From Patescibacteria group bacterium (lineage in GTDB: Bacteria > Patescibacteriota > UBA1384 > XYA2-FULL-43-10 > 1-14-0-10-43-13): a DNA stretch of 64,000 bases. The translations under genes were made by a program, and so were the position numbers. Numbering within the stretch: the first letter of the stretch is position 1; every line of letters begins with the position of its first letter. Shown here piece by piece: positions 56,002-64,000 of this stretch. The stretch lies in contig JBAZBD010000001.1 of the NCBI GenBank assembly GCA_041671645.1, forward strand, positions 799,234 to 863,233, written 5' to 3'. The notes under the pieces were generated by a model. That model had not been told where the DNA came from. It was given only the letters and a program-made list of their open reading frames with translations, and made no database searches.

Positions 56002-56061
56002 ATTGATTTAGGATTTGAGAATACTATATCATAAACGAAGGGATTAATAAGGAATACCAAT

Positions 56062-56538
56062 ATGAAAAGCAAAAAAGTACAACCAGATACAACAATAGAA
56101 TCAGAGCAAAAGATTGCCGAGCTGACCCTTGGCTGGCAGAGAACTCAAGCTGATTTTCAGAATTTCCGACGCCAGGTCGAGTTAGATCGGCAGAAACTGC
56201 TCAAGACGGCTAGCGCCCAGGTGCTGGAAGATATTTTGCCGGTGTTGGACAACTTCCAGCTTGCGGCCAAGCACGCTCCGGCAGAATTGGAAAATAATAA
56301 TTGGGTTATCGGCATCAAACAGATCGAGAAACAGCTCGAAGGCATCCTGGCCAACGAGGGCTTGGTAAAAATAGAAACAATCGGCCAACAATTTAACCCA
56401 GAATTTCATGAAGCAATCGAGCATCTCTCCTCCGACAAACCAGAAAATGAAATTGTGGAAGAAGTTTCGTCTGGCTACACTTACGAGACCATCGTCCTCC
56501 GACCAGCAAAGGTAAAGGTCTCTTCAGGAAAACAATAA
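56062..56538 (+). CDS. grpE: Nucleotide exchange factor GrpE
   Basis: QADFQNFRRQ, FNPEFHEA, and VLRPAKVKV at the C-terminus. Confidence 0.9.
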   Translation: MKSKKVQPDTTIESEQKIAELTLGWQRTQADFQNFRRQVELDRQKLLKTASAQVLEDILPVLDNFQLAAKHAPAELENNNWVIGIKQIEKQLEGILANEGLVKIETIGQQFNPEFHEAIEHLSSDKPENEIVEEVSSGYTYETIVLRPAKVKVSSGKQ

Positions 56539-56559
56539 GCCCTAATTTACAGAAGAACC

Positions 56560-56587
56560 AAAAAAGTCGGCCTAGCCGTCTTTTTTG
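56560..56587 (+). terminator. Weak intrinsic terminator after grpE
   Basis: AAAAAAGTCGGC-CTA-GCCGTCTTTTTT, a short stem with one mismatch. Confidence 0.4.
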
Positions 56588-56664
56588 ATAGGGGGTCTTG
56601 ATCCGTCCTTCGTTAAAACTACGGAGGATCAACCCCTCCGTAGCTCCTGCGGAGCAAAGGGGGG

Positions 56665-56695
56665 TTGACAAAATGTAAAGTCTACTTTACATTTT
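56665..56695 (+). promoter_or_regulatory. dnaK promoter overlapped by a 26-bp perfect palindrome (candidate operator)
   Basis: TTGACA (56665..56670), 17 nt, TACATT (56688..56693). The palindrome AAAATGTAAAGT-CT-ACTTTACATTTT spans 56670..56695. Confidence 0.55.
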
Positions 56696-56727
56696 AGATA
56701 GTATTATTTTATTAACAAGGAGTTCAT

Positions 56728-58632
56728 ATGTCCAAAATCATCGGTATCGACTTAGGTACCACCAACTCAGCTGTCGCTATTATGGAAGGTGGCGAAGCCA
56801 AGATTATCACTTCCTCAGAAGGCGGACGAACCGTCCCCTCAATCGTGACTGAGACCAAAAAGGGCGACCGATTAGTCGGTCAATTGGCCAAGAGACAAGC
56901 TGTCACAAATGCAGAAAACACTGTTTTCTCGATCAAACGTTTCATCGGTCGTAAGTTCGACGATGCTGACGCACAGGCAGATATCAAGAAAATGCCTTAT
57001 GGCGCCAAGAAGGCCTCTGATGGATCGATCCGAGTCAGCATGATCGGTCAAGAGTACAGCCCACAAGAAATCTCTGCCTTCATCTTGCAGAAATTAAAGA
57101 CCGATGCTGAGACCTATCTCGGCGAGAAAGTAACAGAAGCCGTCATTACTGTGCCTGCCTATTTTAATGATGCTCAGCGCCAAGCGACCAAAGATGCTGG
57201 CAAAATTGCAGGTCTCGAAGTCAAAAGAATTATCAACGAGCCGACCGCGGCCGCTCTTGCTTACGGACTAGACAAACAGAAGAATGAAAAAATCGCTGTT
57301 TACGACCTCGGTGGCGGAACATTTGATATTACCATTTTGGAGCTGGGCGATGGCGTTTTCGAAGTCAAAGCAACCAACGGTGACACTCATCTCGGCGGCG
57401 ACGACTTTGATCAGCGAATCATGGACTACATTATCGATGAGTTCAAGAAGGATCAGGGCGTCGATCTACACGCCGACAAAGCAGCAGTCCAAAGAGTCAA
57501 GGAAGCAGCCGAAAAAGCCAAAATTGAGCTCTCGACCGCTCTTGAGACTGAAATCAACCTACCTTTCATCACCGCTGATGCCTCCGGTCCAAAACATTTG
57601 ACCCTGACAATCAAACGCGCTGATCTCGAAAAAATGGTTGGCGAGTTGATCGAAAAGACGATGAAGCCATGCCAGAAGGTCTTGGACGACGCTAAGATGA
57701 AAAAAGAGGATATCAATGAAGTGATCCTGGTCGGTGGCATGACACGTATGCCAGCCGTTCGTGAGGCAGTCAAGAAATTCTGGGGCAAAGAGCCAAACCA
57801 TTCCGTCAATCCTGACGAGGCCGTCGCTATCGGTGCCGCTATTCAGGGCGGAGTCTTGGCTGGAGATGTCAAAGATTTGCTCCTGCTAGACGTGACTCCA
57901 CTCTCTCTTGGAATCGAAACTTTGGGCGGTGTCTCGACCAAATTGATCGAGCGCAATACTACTATCCCAACCAGCAAATCACAGATTTTCTCTACCGCAG
58001 CTGACAATCAAACTTCTGTAGAAATTCATGTCTTGCAGGGCGAGCGCGAAATGGCCGCCGACAACAAGACGCTTGGCCGATTCATGCTTGATGGCATTCC
58101 ACCTGCCCCACGCGGCATTCCACAGGTCGAAGTTTCCTTCGACATTGACGCCAACGGCATTGTGAATGTCAAAGCTACCGACAAAGCAACCAACAAAGAG
58201 CAGAGAATCACTATTACTGCTTCGAGCGGACTATCTGAATCTGAAATTGAAAGAATGAGAAAAGAAGCCGAAGAGCATGCTGACGAAGACAAGAAGAAAA
58301 AAGAGGCTGTCGAAGTCAAAAATATGGCTGACACATTGATCTATACTGCTGAAAAGACACTAAAAGACGCAGGAGACAAAGTTGATTCTAACTTGAAATC
58401 TGATGTCGAGCAGAAAATCCAAGCCTTGAAGGACGTCAAAGACAAAGATAATCTCGAAGAGATCAAGACCCAGACAGAATCTCTCAGCACTGCTCTGCAG
58501 GAAATTGGCAAGAAGATGTACGAACAGGCTGCCAAAGAGCAACCAAAAGCCGACGGTGCGAAGGAAGAGGAAAAGGCCGAAGAACCCAAAAATAATCCGC
58601 CAGCTGGCGGAGATGAGCCAAAAGCTGAATAA
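56728..58632 (+). CDS. dnaK: Chaperone DnaK (Hsp70)
   Basis: [11 protein letters not shown] and DLGGGTFD. Full length of 634 aa. AAGGAG RBS. Confidence 0.97.
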   Translation: MSKIIGIDLGTTNSAVAIMEGGEAKIITSSEGGRTVPSIVTETKKGDRLVGQLAKRQAVTNAENTVFSIKRFIGRKFDDADAQADIKKMPYGAKKASDGSIRVSMIGQEYSPQEISAFILQKLKTDAETYLGEKVTEAVITVPAYFNDAQRQATKDAGKIAGLEVKRIINEPTAAALAYGLDKQKNEKIAVYDLGGGTFDITILELGDGVFEVKATNGDTHLGGDDFDQRIMDYIIDEFKKDQGVDLHADKAAVQRVKEAAEKAKIELSTALETEINLPFITADASGPKHLTLTIKRADLEKMVGELIEKTMKPCQKVLDDAKMKKEDINEVILVGGMTRMPAVREAVKKFWGKEPNHSVNPDEAVAIGAAIQGGVLAGDVKDLLLLDVTPLSLGIETLGGVSTKLIERNTTIPTSKSQIFSTAADNQTSVEIHVLQGEREMAADNKTLGRFMLDGIPPAPRGIPQVEVSFDIDANGIVNVKATDKATNKEQRITITASSGLSESEIERMRKEAEEHADEDKKKKEAVEVKNMADTLIYTAEKTLKDAGDKVDSNLKSDVEQKIQALKDVKDKDNLEEIKTQTESLSTALQEIGKKMYEQAAKEQPKADGAKEEEKAEEPKNNPPAGGDEPKAE

Positions 58633-58748
58633 TTTGCTTCCATATTTGCCCTCTATTGCTTAGAGGGCAAGATGGAGTTAAAATTATAGAGATCTGGTTT
58701 TGTCCGATTTCAACTTAACATGGAGGGTCCCCTCAGGGGGAAAGTTTT

Positions 58749-59408
58749 GTGAATTTGTTTCGTAATCCTATCTTTATACTTTTCTTCGTCGTCGCCCTAA
58801 TCGTGTCGATCGTCTGGAGTTATATTTCGAACAAGAAAACTAATACTCCGGTCACGACCGAGACGACTGAGACGACAACAACAGACACACCCAAGGTGAC
58901 CAATCTGACAAACCTTGACCCTGTCGACTTCGACTCGACCTTGAAGGGATATCTCGATATCGCAGCCACTAAGTCAGCGGAGATCAACAAGGATTACAAG
59001 TTGGCCGATATCGAAGTAGAGATAGGCCAATCCCTCCAACCAGCCGACGCCACTATTCGATATGCGTACAATCTCGGGGCCACAGACACAAGCAATTGGA
59101 TAATTTCATTTGCCCAGGACACCGGCAGTTATGTTCGTTCGCTTATCCCAAGTGAGGATTATCTCGGCCACCCCAAGCAGATTGACACGACACTCTGGAA
59201 ATTTAATTACGTCACCGCTCTGCAATTGGCTGAGAAGAATGGCGGCCTCGAATACCGTGAGAAAAATTCTGACTTTTCCAGCGTCAAAATGAGTTTGAAA
59301 CATACTGGCGAAAAAGCCTGGCTCCTCTGGAGTGTGGAGTACAAAGGTACGACCAGCGGCCTAACTGTCCTAATCGACGCAAACTCAGGTGACAAAGTCA
59401 CTCAATAA
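58749..59408 (+). CDS. Membrane-anchored hypothetical protein (219 aa)
   Basis: GTG start. An N-terminal TM and a Thr-rich linker are followed by a globular domain. No family recognised. Confidence 0.55.
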   Translation: MNLFRNPIFILFFVVALIVSIVWSYISNKKTNTPVTTETTETTTTDTPKVTNLTNLDPVDFDSTLKGYLDIAATKSAEINKDYKLADIEVEIGQSLQPADATIRYAYNLGATDTSNWIISFAQDTGSYVRSLIPSEDYLGHPKQIDTTLWKFNYVTALQLAEKNGGLEYREKNSDFSSVKMSLKHTGEKAWLLWSVEYKGTTSGLTVLIDANSGDKVTQ

Positions 59409-59493
59409 AGCAGTAATATATAAGCTTATAAGTCCGATAAGCGCTCTGCTACTTGCTTACCAACTTAGGATTTATAGCTAATTGCTTATTTTT

Positions 59494-60144
59494 ATGTCAA
59501 CAGATTATTACAAAACTTTGGGTGTCTCAAAATCGGCCTCGGCCGAGGAAATCAAAAAAGCTTATCGAAAGCTTGCTTTGGAGCACCATCCTGATCGAGG
59601 CGGCGGCAACAATTCCGACGCCAAGTTCAAGGAGGTCAACGAGGCCTATCAGGTCCTCTCTGACCCCGAGAAACGCAAGACATACGATCAGTTTGGCGAT
59701 GCCGCCTTCAAAAACGGTGGAGCTGGGGCTGGAGGCTTTGGCGGATATCGACAGGGCGGATTCCAGGGCGACTTTTCTGATTTTGACTTCTCTGGATTCG
59801 GATTTGGTGGAGGAATTGGAGATATTTTTGAAGACTTTTTCGGCGCCCAGATGTCTCAGGTCCAAGCCGAATTACAAATTTCCCCTGCTCAGGCCGTACT
59901 TGGGGATAAAGTTTCCGTCCAGATCAATGGCGAGAATCTGGAGTTCTCTCTTCCCGCAGGCACAAACGATGGCACTTCATTCCGTTTTCAGGGCAAGGGT
60001 CGTGCAACACGAAATGGCCGCAAAGGAGATCTCATCCTAACAATCAAAATTGTAATGCCAAAACACCTGACAAAGGAACAGCAAGAACTCTGGCAACGTC
60101 TCCGCGACGAAGAATCCAAGAAAAAAGGTTGGTGGGGCGCTTAG
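59494..60144 (+). CDS. J-domain co-chaperone lacking the Cys-rich zinc-finger region (216 aa)
   Basis: DYYKTLGV...HPDR, a G/F-rich linker, and one short C-terminal beta domain. No CxxCxGxG repeats. I chose the start at ATG 59494. Confidence 0.8.
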   Translation: MSTDYYKTLGVSKSASAEEIKKAYRKLALEHHPDRGGGNNSDAKFKEVNEAYQVLSDPEKRKTYDQFGDAAFKNGGAGAGGFGGYRQGGFQGDFSDFDFSGFGFGGGIGDIFEDFFGAQMSQVQAELQISPAQAVLGDKVSVQINGENLEFSLPAGTNDGTSFRFQGKGRATRNGRKGDLILTIKIVMPKHLTKEQQELWQRLRDEESKKKGWWGA

Positions 60145-60288
60145 CGCCCCCTTAACCACGCTAAGCGTGGTGGCGGTAGGCCAAAAAAGGATTACCCCGC
60201 AGGGGACCCTTTGGGTCAAATTTTCCTAATTACAGATATTAATTTGATATTCGTAATTTGAACGATCCGTAATCCGTTATGTTGTTTC

Positions 60289-60317
60289 TTGACTTGAAAC
60301 AAGAAAAAACCGATAAT
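60289..60317 (+). promoter_or_regulatory. Promoter for the 60355 gene
   Basis: TTGACT (60289..60294), 17 nt, GATAAT (60312..60317). Confidence 0.5.
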
Positions 60318-60354
60318 AGAAGAAACAAAAAGGTAAGTTAGAGGGGTAAAAAGA

Positions 60355-60864
60355 GTGCAGCTTCCTAGTGTGGATGTTTTTATCGGGTTGTTATTCTTAG
60401 TCGGCATCGCCTACGGCTTTATTTTGCAACGAGAAAAAACGATCACGACACTGATTTCTGTCTACATCGGGCTGGTCGTTGCATCGAGCTTCTCCGGAAC
60501 AGTATTTGACTTCTTCAATGGCAACAAGGTGATTGCCAATCAGATTTGGATCAGAGGCAACGCTTCAAATCCGACAATAGCGATCGTAATATTCTTGATC
60601 ACTACTTTCCTCGTCTCGGGAGCAATCAACTCAAAATCAAAAAAAGGTGACGGCAGTATTTCTCTCCTCGAGACGATTGTCTACAGCGCTCTGATGATGG
60701 CCCTAATCCTCTCCTCCATCTTGGGATTCCTCCCCGAAGCGACCAGAACCCACTATATCGAAACTTCTATGTCCGCAAAATATCTTTGGAATATGCGGAC
60801 ATTATTTGTAGTTTTACCCCCGATCATGTTGGTCTTCCTGAATTGGAAAAGAAAAGAGAAATAG
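60355..60864 (+). CDS. Polytopic membrane protein, possibly CvpA-like
   Basis: GTG start after GAGGGG. Four TMs. The N-terminal pattern VDVFIGLLFLVGIAYGFILQ resembles CvpA, but the family call is weak. Confidence 0.5.
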   Translation: MQLPSVDVFIGLLFLVGIAYGFILQREKTITTLISVYIGLVVASSFSGTVFDFFNGNKVIANQIWIRGNASNPTIAIVIFLITTFLVSGAINSKSKKGDGSISLLETIVYSALMMALILSSILGFLPEATRTHYIETSMSAKYLWNMRTLFVVLPPIMLVFLNWKRKEK

Positions 60865-60987
60865 CAGAAAATTATTACTTATTAGTTCTTAATTTTTATT
60901 CAATTATTAATTAATAATTATAAATTGATTAGAAATTAAGCCGAAGGCTCCCCTTCGGGGGAAATCAATTATTAGAAATTGAGGAAT

Positions 60988-61350
60988 ATGCTTTTACTTC
61001 GTTGGATCTTAAATACTTTGGTTCTTTTGCTAGTTAGCTACCTTGTGCCTGGTGTAAAATTTTCAGGGTTTTGGGCCGCTTTGATCACTGCACTAGTCTT
61101 AGGTTTACTGAACGCTCTAGTAAGACCGCTGATCATCTTACTCACCTTGCCTGTCAATTTCCTGACCCTTGGTTTCTTCACTTTGGTCATCAACGCTCTC
61201 ATGTTCTGGCTCGCCAGCACCATCGTCAAAGGATTTGATATCGCAGGATTCTGGCCCGCTTTCATCGGCGCTTTGGTCTATTCGATCATCATCATGATCA
61301 TAAATATGATGACACTCAAACAACCGCCTAAGCAAACGATCAAAAAATAG
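60988..61350 (+). CDS. Holin-4_2/DUF360 (YvlD-like) family membrane protein
   Basis: WILNTLVLLLVSYLVPGV.F.GFW.ALI.ALVLGLLNALVRPLI..LTLPV..LTLG.F is typical of the family. The ATG at 60988 follows a GAGGAA RBS. Confidence 0.7.
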   Translation: MLLLRWILNTLVLLLVSYLVPGVKFSGFWAALITALVLGLLNALVRPLIILLTLPVNFLTLGFFTLVINALMFWLASTIVKGFDIAGFWPAFIGALVYSIIIMIINMMTLKQPPKQTIKK

Positions 61351-61393
61351 TTCTGATCTATTTTCACCTGATATCAAAACATTGCTTTCAGAG

Positions 61394-61422
61394 TTGATTT
61401 TTTGTTGGAAATTATGTATTAT
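61394..61422 (+). promoter_or_regulatory. Promoter for tRNA-Lys
   Basis: TTGATT (61394..61399), 17 nt, TATTAT (61417..61422), 12 nt upstream of the tRNA. Confidence 0.55.
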
Positions 61423-61434
61423 AACAGCTAATGT

Positions 61435-61509
61435 GGGCTGTTAGCTCAATGGTAGAGCAGTGGCCTTTTAAGCCATTGGTTCTGGGTTCGAGTCCCAGGC
61501 GGCCCACCA
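61435..61509 (+). tRNA. tRNA-Lys (anticodon TTT), CCA encoded
   Basis: GGGCTGT-TA-GCTCAATGGTAGAGC-A-GTGGC-CTTTTAA-GCCAT...CTGGGTTCGAGTCCCAG-GCGGCCC-A-CCA. Confidence 0.9.
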
Positions 61510-61514
61510 AAAAA

Positions 61515-61542
61515 AGTTTCTGATTCGTCAGAGACTTTTTTT
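61515..61542 (+). terminator. Rho-independent terminator after tRNA-Lys
   Basis: AGTTTCTGA-TTCG-TCAGAGACT followed by TTTTTT. Confidence 0.75.
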
Positions 61543-61543
61543 A

Positions 61544-61572
61544 TTGACCAAATCAATCAATAATGATATAGT
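61544..61572 (+). promoter_or_regulatory. Promoter for the GreA-C-domain gene
   Basis: TTGACC (61544..61549), 17 nt, TATAGT (61567..61572), giving a leader of about 70 nt with small hairpins and a GGAGGG RBS. Confidence 0.55.
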
Positions 61573-61649
61573 TCTATACATCTTAAAGCTTTCAAAGAAA
61601 GCCTTGGGAAGCACGCTGGAATGCGTGACACTACTCCGGAGGGTCTCAA

Positions 61650-62240
61650 ATGACCACATTATCAGTAGCACAAGTTGCAGAAACAGGTGCCCTTGAAGCT
61701 GGCGTAATTTATAATTATGCGACCAGCGCCGCTATCAAAGCGGCTCGACTACGACTTGCTAACATGCGCGATCAGTTGGCAGGAATTATCGCTGAAACAG
61801 ATTTGTCCGATACCGCACATGGTGATGTTGACGCAGGTGTCGTGAATGATGCGATACAGTGCGGCGCCCTTTTGACAGCGATCGACAATCTTGACTTTGA
61901 GATTAGCAATCCGAATCTCATAATAGTCGACTGGATGGACCACGGGCCAGAACCCAAGGTTGTCCCCGGGACGGAAATCACCGCCCTTTTGGATGGAGAA
62001 GAAAAGTCCTGGATATTCCTGGATTCGCTGGACTTGACGTACGGAGAGCATTCGCCAGAGATTACCAGCCGATTAATTACAATTAGTAGCACCATCGGCG
62101 AAGCGATCTTCGGCAGTTCAGCCGAAGATGAGATTACCATTCTGAAGCCCATCAGAGGGCAAAGGAACAGAAAGGTGAAAATCCTTTCAATCGAACCGTG
62201 GCCACCCCGAGCCACAAAAAAACGCAGTAACAAAGATTAA
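61650..62240 (+). CDS. Protein with a GreA/GreB C-terminal (FKBP-like) domain and a non-canonical N-terminus (Rnk-like), 196 aa
   Basis: The C-terminal VVPGTEITALLDGEEKSWIFLD...ITISSTIGEAIFGSSAEDEITI...KVKILSIE follows the GreA C-domain pattern. The N-terminal half is not a recognisable Gre coiled coil. Confidence 0.55.
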   Translation: MTTLSVAQVAETGALEAGVIYNYATSAAIKAARLRLANMRDQLAGIIAETDLSDTAHGDVDAGVVNDAIQCGALLTAIDNLDFEISNPNLIIVDWMDHGPEPKVVPGTEITALLDGEEKSWIFLDSLDLTYGEHSPEITSRLITISSTIGEAIFGSSAEDEITILKPIRGQRNRKVKILSIEPWPPRATKKRSNKD

Positions 62241-62270
62241 CTGCTTCCCCAAATAGTTCGTATTTAGCCC

Positions 62271-62304
62271 GGCACCGTCCCCAAGACGGTGCCTCGCTTT
62301 TTTT
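62271..62304 (+). terminator. Rho-independent terminator
   Basis: GGCACCGTC-CCCAA-GACGGTGCC followed by TCGCTTTTTTT. Confidence 0.8.
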
Positions 62305-62385
62305 GTATAGCTCAATTCGCTTCGGAGGACACTTCGACACGACTGACCGATCTGTCGACTCGTCTACAAGGAGCTAATCATTTCT

Positions 62386-62415
62386 TTAAACGCCTCACAT
62401 ATGTGAGGCGTTTAA
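62386..62415. terminator. 30-bp perfect palindrome (family member 3), probable terminator of the cohesin-like gene
   Basis: TTAAACGCCTCACATATGTGAGGCGTTTAA, 36 nt beyond the stop at 62451. It shares the core CCTCACATATGTGAGG with 3687..3714. Confidence 0.55.
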
Positions 62416-62450
62416 CACAGTGCCCGTATCGGATAGAGAACGAAATAATG

Positions 62451-63812
62451 TTAGTTGAAATGGTTAATATCGTTGTTATTGTCCACGACAGGATTCTCTG
62501 TTTCTGGAGTCGGAGTCGAAATTGGAGGTGCAGTTGAGGTAAAGGTGGAAATTGGGGTAGCTGTGATTGTAGCAGGGGTGGATCCTTGAGCGCGGCCTGT
62601 CATTTTCAGATCTATTTTTCTGTTTCGATAGAGAAAGAATCCCAGCAATAGCAATCCGAGTAAAAGAGCGACGCTGCTCCAAAACCAAGGGTTCTGAAGT
62701 AATCCGGAAGACCAATCATTCTGAATCACGATTGGAGTTGCATAGGCTTTCTCTGGATCGACCTGAAAGGTAAGTTCGTCTGCCGCTTTGGTCGTCTCTG
62801 TCGCTGTAGTAGAGAGTGCATATGCTTTATGGACGCCCGCTTCTATGCCGTCGCTGACTGTGATACTCCATTTGCCCTCTGCATCGGTTGTGACAGATTT
62901 TGTGATCAGTGTGCTAAAGACATAGACTGTCACAAGAGAGTTCGGCTTGGATATACCCTTAAAGGTTAGATTGGTTAGAGATTTTTTGTCTTGAATGTTG
63001 GCGACAACTGCTTGGTCAGAATTTAATAATATTGTGGTTTCTGAACTAGCGCTAATCTTTTTGATTTCTTTTTGAAATTTCTTCTCGCTATCTGGCATTG
63101 TCGGCGCGACTAGTACGGGCGCCTCTGCTGTAGCTGGAACTGGCGTCTCTGTCATGACGGCTGGTGTCTCTGCTGTCGCGGCGGGTGTCGTAGCAGCAGG
63201 GGTAGCAGTTGTGGCAGAGCTTGGAGTGGTGGTCTTTTTGGTTGTGCTTGGAGTTGTGGGTGTAGTATCGGCTGGGTTGGTAGCTGGGACATCTGGTGTT
63301 GTCGGAGTATCTGGTATCGGGTCTGGGATGACTGGTGCTGCCGCTATGGTGTAGCTACCTCCTGAGACAGAAGACAAAATATTGGCTGGTTCATCGCCTG
63401 AGCTGACGACTTGGCCACCCGACAAGGAAATTGTGGCTGTGCCGGCATTCGTGCCTTTGACTACCAAAGTGTAAACGGTAATGGTACCAACACCATCACC
63501 AGTCGAACCACAGCTGAAACTTAGCGATGGGGTGCTTGGGTCGGTAGTACACATAGAAACGGAGCCTTTGGTCAGGCTCACCACGGTCAAGTTGCTGACT
63601 GATACGCTTGCCTTGTAAACCGACATATTTTGGCCGCCGCCATCTGCAACGATACCAACTGAAAATTCCTCGCCGACAGTATGGCTACCTGTTGCTGAGC
63701 TCACCGAAATTGTGGCTGTGTTTGCTGCCCGTATAGGGGTAATTGCTCCAAAGATAGCAACTATCGCTGAGATAGTGACAATAGCACTAGTTTTTTGTAT
63801 TACGTTGAACAT
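62451..63812 (-). CDS. Secreted, C-terminally membrane-anchored protein with an N-terminal cohesin-like domain
   Basis: A signal peptide is followed by ISVSSATGSHTVGEEFSVGIVADGGGQNMSVYKASVSV...TATISLSGGQVV...ILSSVSGGSYTI (cohesin-like pattern). Next come a P/T-rich linker, an Ig-like domain, a TM (SSVALLLGLLLLGFFLY) and a T/P-rich tail. The ATG at 63812 follows GGGAG. Confidence 0.65.
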   Translation of the reverse strand: MFNVIQKTSAIVTISAIVAIFGAITPIRAANTATISVSSATGSHTVGEEFSVGIVADGGGQNMSVYKASVSVSNLTVVSLTKGSVSMCTTDPSTPSLSFSCGSTGDGVGTITVYTLVVKGTNAGTATISLSGGQVVSSGDEPANILSSVSGGSYTIAAAPVIPDPIPDTPTTPDVPATNPADTTPTTPSTTKKTTTPSSATTATPAATTPAATAETPAVMTETPVPATAEAPVLVAPTMPDSEKKFQKEIKKISASSETTILLNSDQAVVANIQDKKSLTNLTFKGISKPNSLVTVYVFSTLITKSVTTDAEGKWSITVSDGIEAGVHKAYALSTTATETTKAADELTFQVDPEKAYATPIVIQNDWSSGLLQNPWFWSSVALLLGLLLLGFFLYRNRKIDLKMTGRAQGSTPATITATPISTFTSTAPPISTPTPETENPVVDNNNDINHFN

Positions 63813-63826
63813 ATCCACTCCCTAAA

Positions 63827-64000
63827 TTATTTATTCCAGTTTGTAAGTAAGGTCGCAAAGTCTAGTTCATCCACAACCCTATCTCTATTGTAGTCAGCCA
63901 TTACATTCTTTGGTGCACCCCAGTTTCCAAGCATACTAGCAAAGTCAAGCTCATCGATGGCGCCATCATTATTTATATCGCCACTTTTGTGGATGATGAG
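63827..64000 (-). CDS. 3' end of a CDS (truncated by the window edge) ending in a dockerin-like tandem EF-hand repeat
   Basis: Manual translation gives ...LIIHKSGDINNDGAIDELDFASMLGNWGAPKNVMADYNRDRVVDELDFATLLTNWNK*, i.e. two Dx[ND]xDGxIDxxD-type segments. This ORF is not in the supplied track because it has no start inside the window. Confidence 0.6.
   Translation of the reverse strand, partial: LIIHKSGDINNDGAIDELDFASMLGNWGAPKNVMADYNRDRVVDELDFATLLTNWNK

Noticed and set aside
59453-60040. A 195-aa ORF in an alternative frame of the J-protein gene.
   Set aside because: The +1-shifted frame contains the unmistakable J-domain (HPD motif). The alternative frame has no motif and starts inside the promoter region.
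61772-62233. A 153-aa minus-strand ORF.
   Set aside because: It is antisense to the GreA-C-domain gene, which has a promoter, an RBS and a terminator in the plus orientation.
61435-62450. A possible integrated element at tRNA-Lys.
   Set aside because: There is no integrase or recombinase and no direct repeat of the tRNA-Lys 3' end downstream. The region holds only one small gene with ordinary promoter and terminator signals.

Overview
This is a gene-dense 64-kb window of mostly minus-strand operons. It uses the standard genetic code, with TGA as the stop in several ATGA overlaps. I call 45 CDS (one truncated at the right edge) and 5 tRNAs (Pro-TGG, Thr-CGT, Gly-CCC, Asp-GTC, Lys-TTT), plus promoters and intrinsic terminators read by eye. 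I found no rRNA, CRISPR array, transposase, integrase or reverse transcriptase. The gene content suggests a small-genome, monoderm, uncultivated bacterium of the Patescibacteria/CPR type: a shortened TsaB, a split ComEC, an LCP protein, a PMT-type glycosyltransferase, cohesin- and dockerin-like secreted proteins, a giant surface protein and no outer-membrane genes. That placement is inference only. The dominant feature is an uninterrupted 19,884-nt ORF (7390..27273, minus strand, 6,627 aa), 31% of the window. It is tightly coupled downstream to a secreted FN3 protein, an 89-aa membrane protein and a fused MacB-type ABC transporter. Directly upstream lies a four-gene glycosylation operon that itself abuts two tRNAs. 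I consider this roughly 27-kb surface module (4447..31993) the best candidate for an undescribed system. Housekeeping genes are trpS, eno, gpmI, tsaE/tsaB, queH, ruvA/B/C, yebC, grpE, dnaK, a J-domain protein, comEC and an LCP protein. Other loci worth a second look:
- An orphan gene cassette bracketed by identical 28-nt terminator repeats.
- A tRNA-Asp locus with duplicated 5' and 3' tRNA ends around a GIY-YIG ORF.
- A perfect 341-bp in-frame direct repeat inside the giant gene.
- A 26-bp perfect palindrome over the dnaK promoter.
- A sugar-metabolism block spliced into the ruv operon.
- A recurring palindromic hairpin.
- An adjacent cohesin-like/dockerin-like gene pair at the right edge.
All domain calls rest on sequence motifs I recognise by reading; no database search was run.
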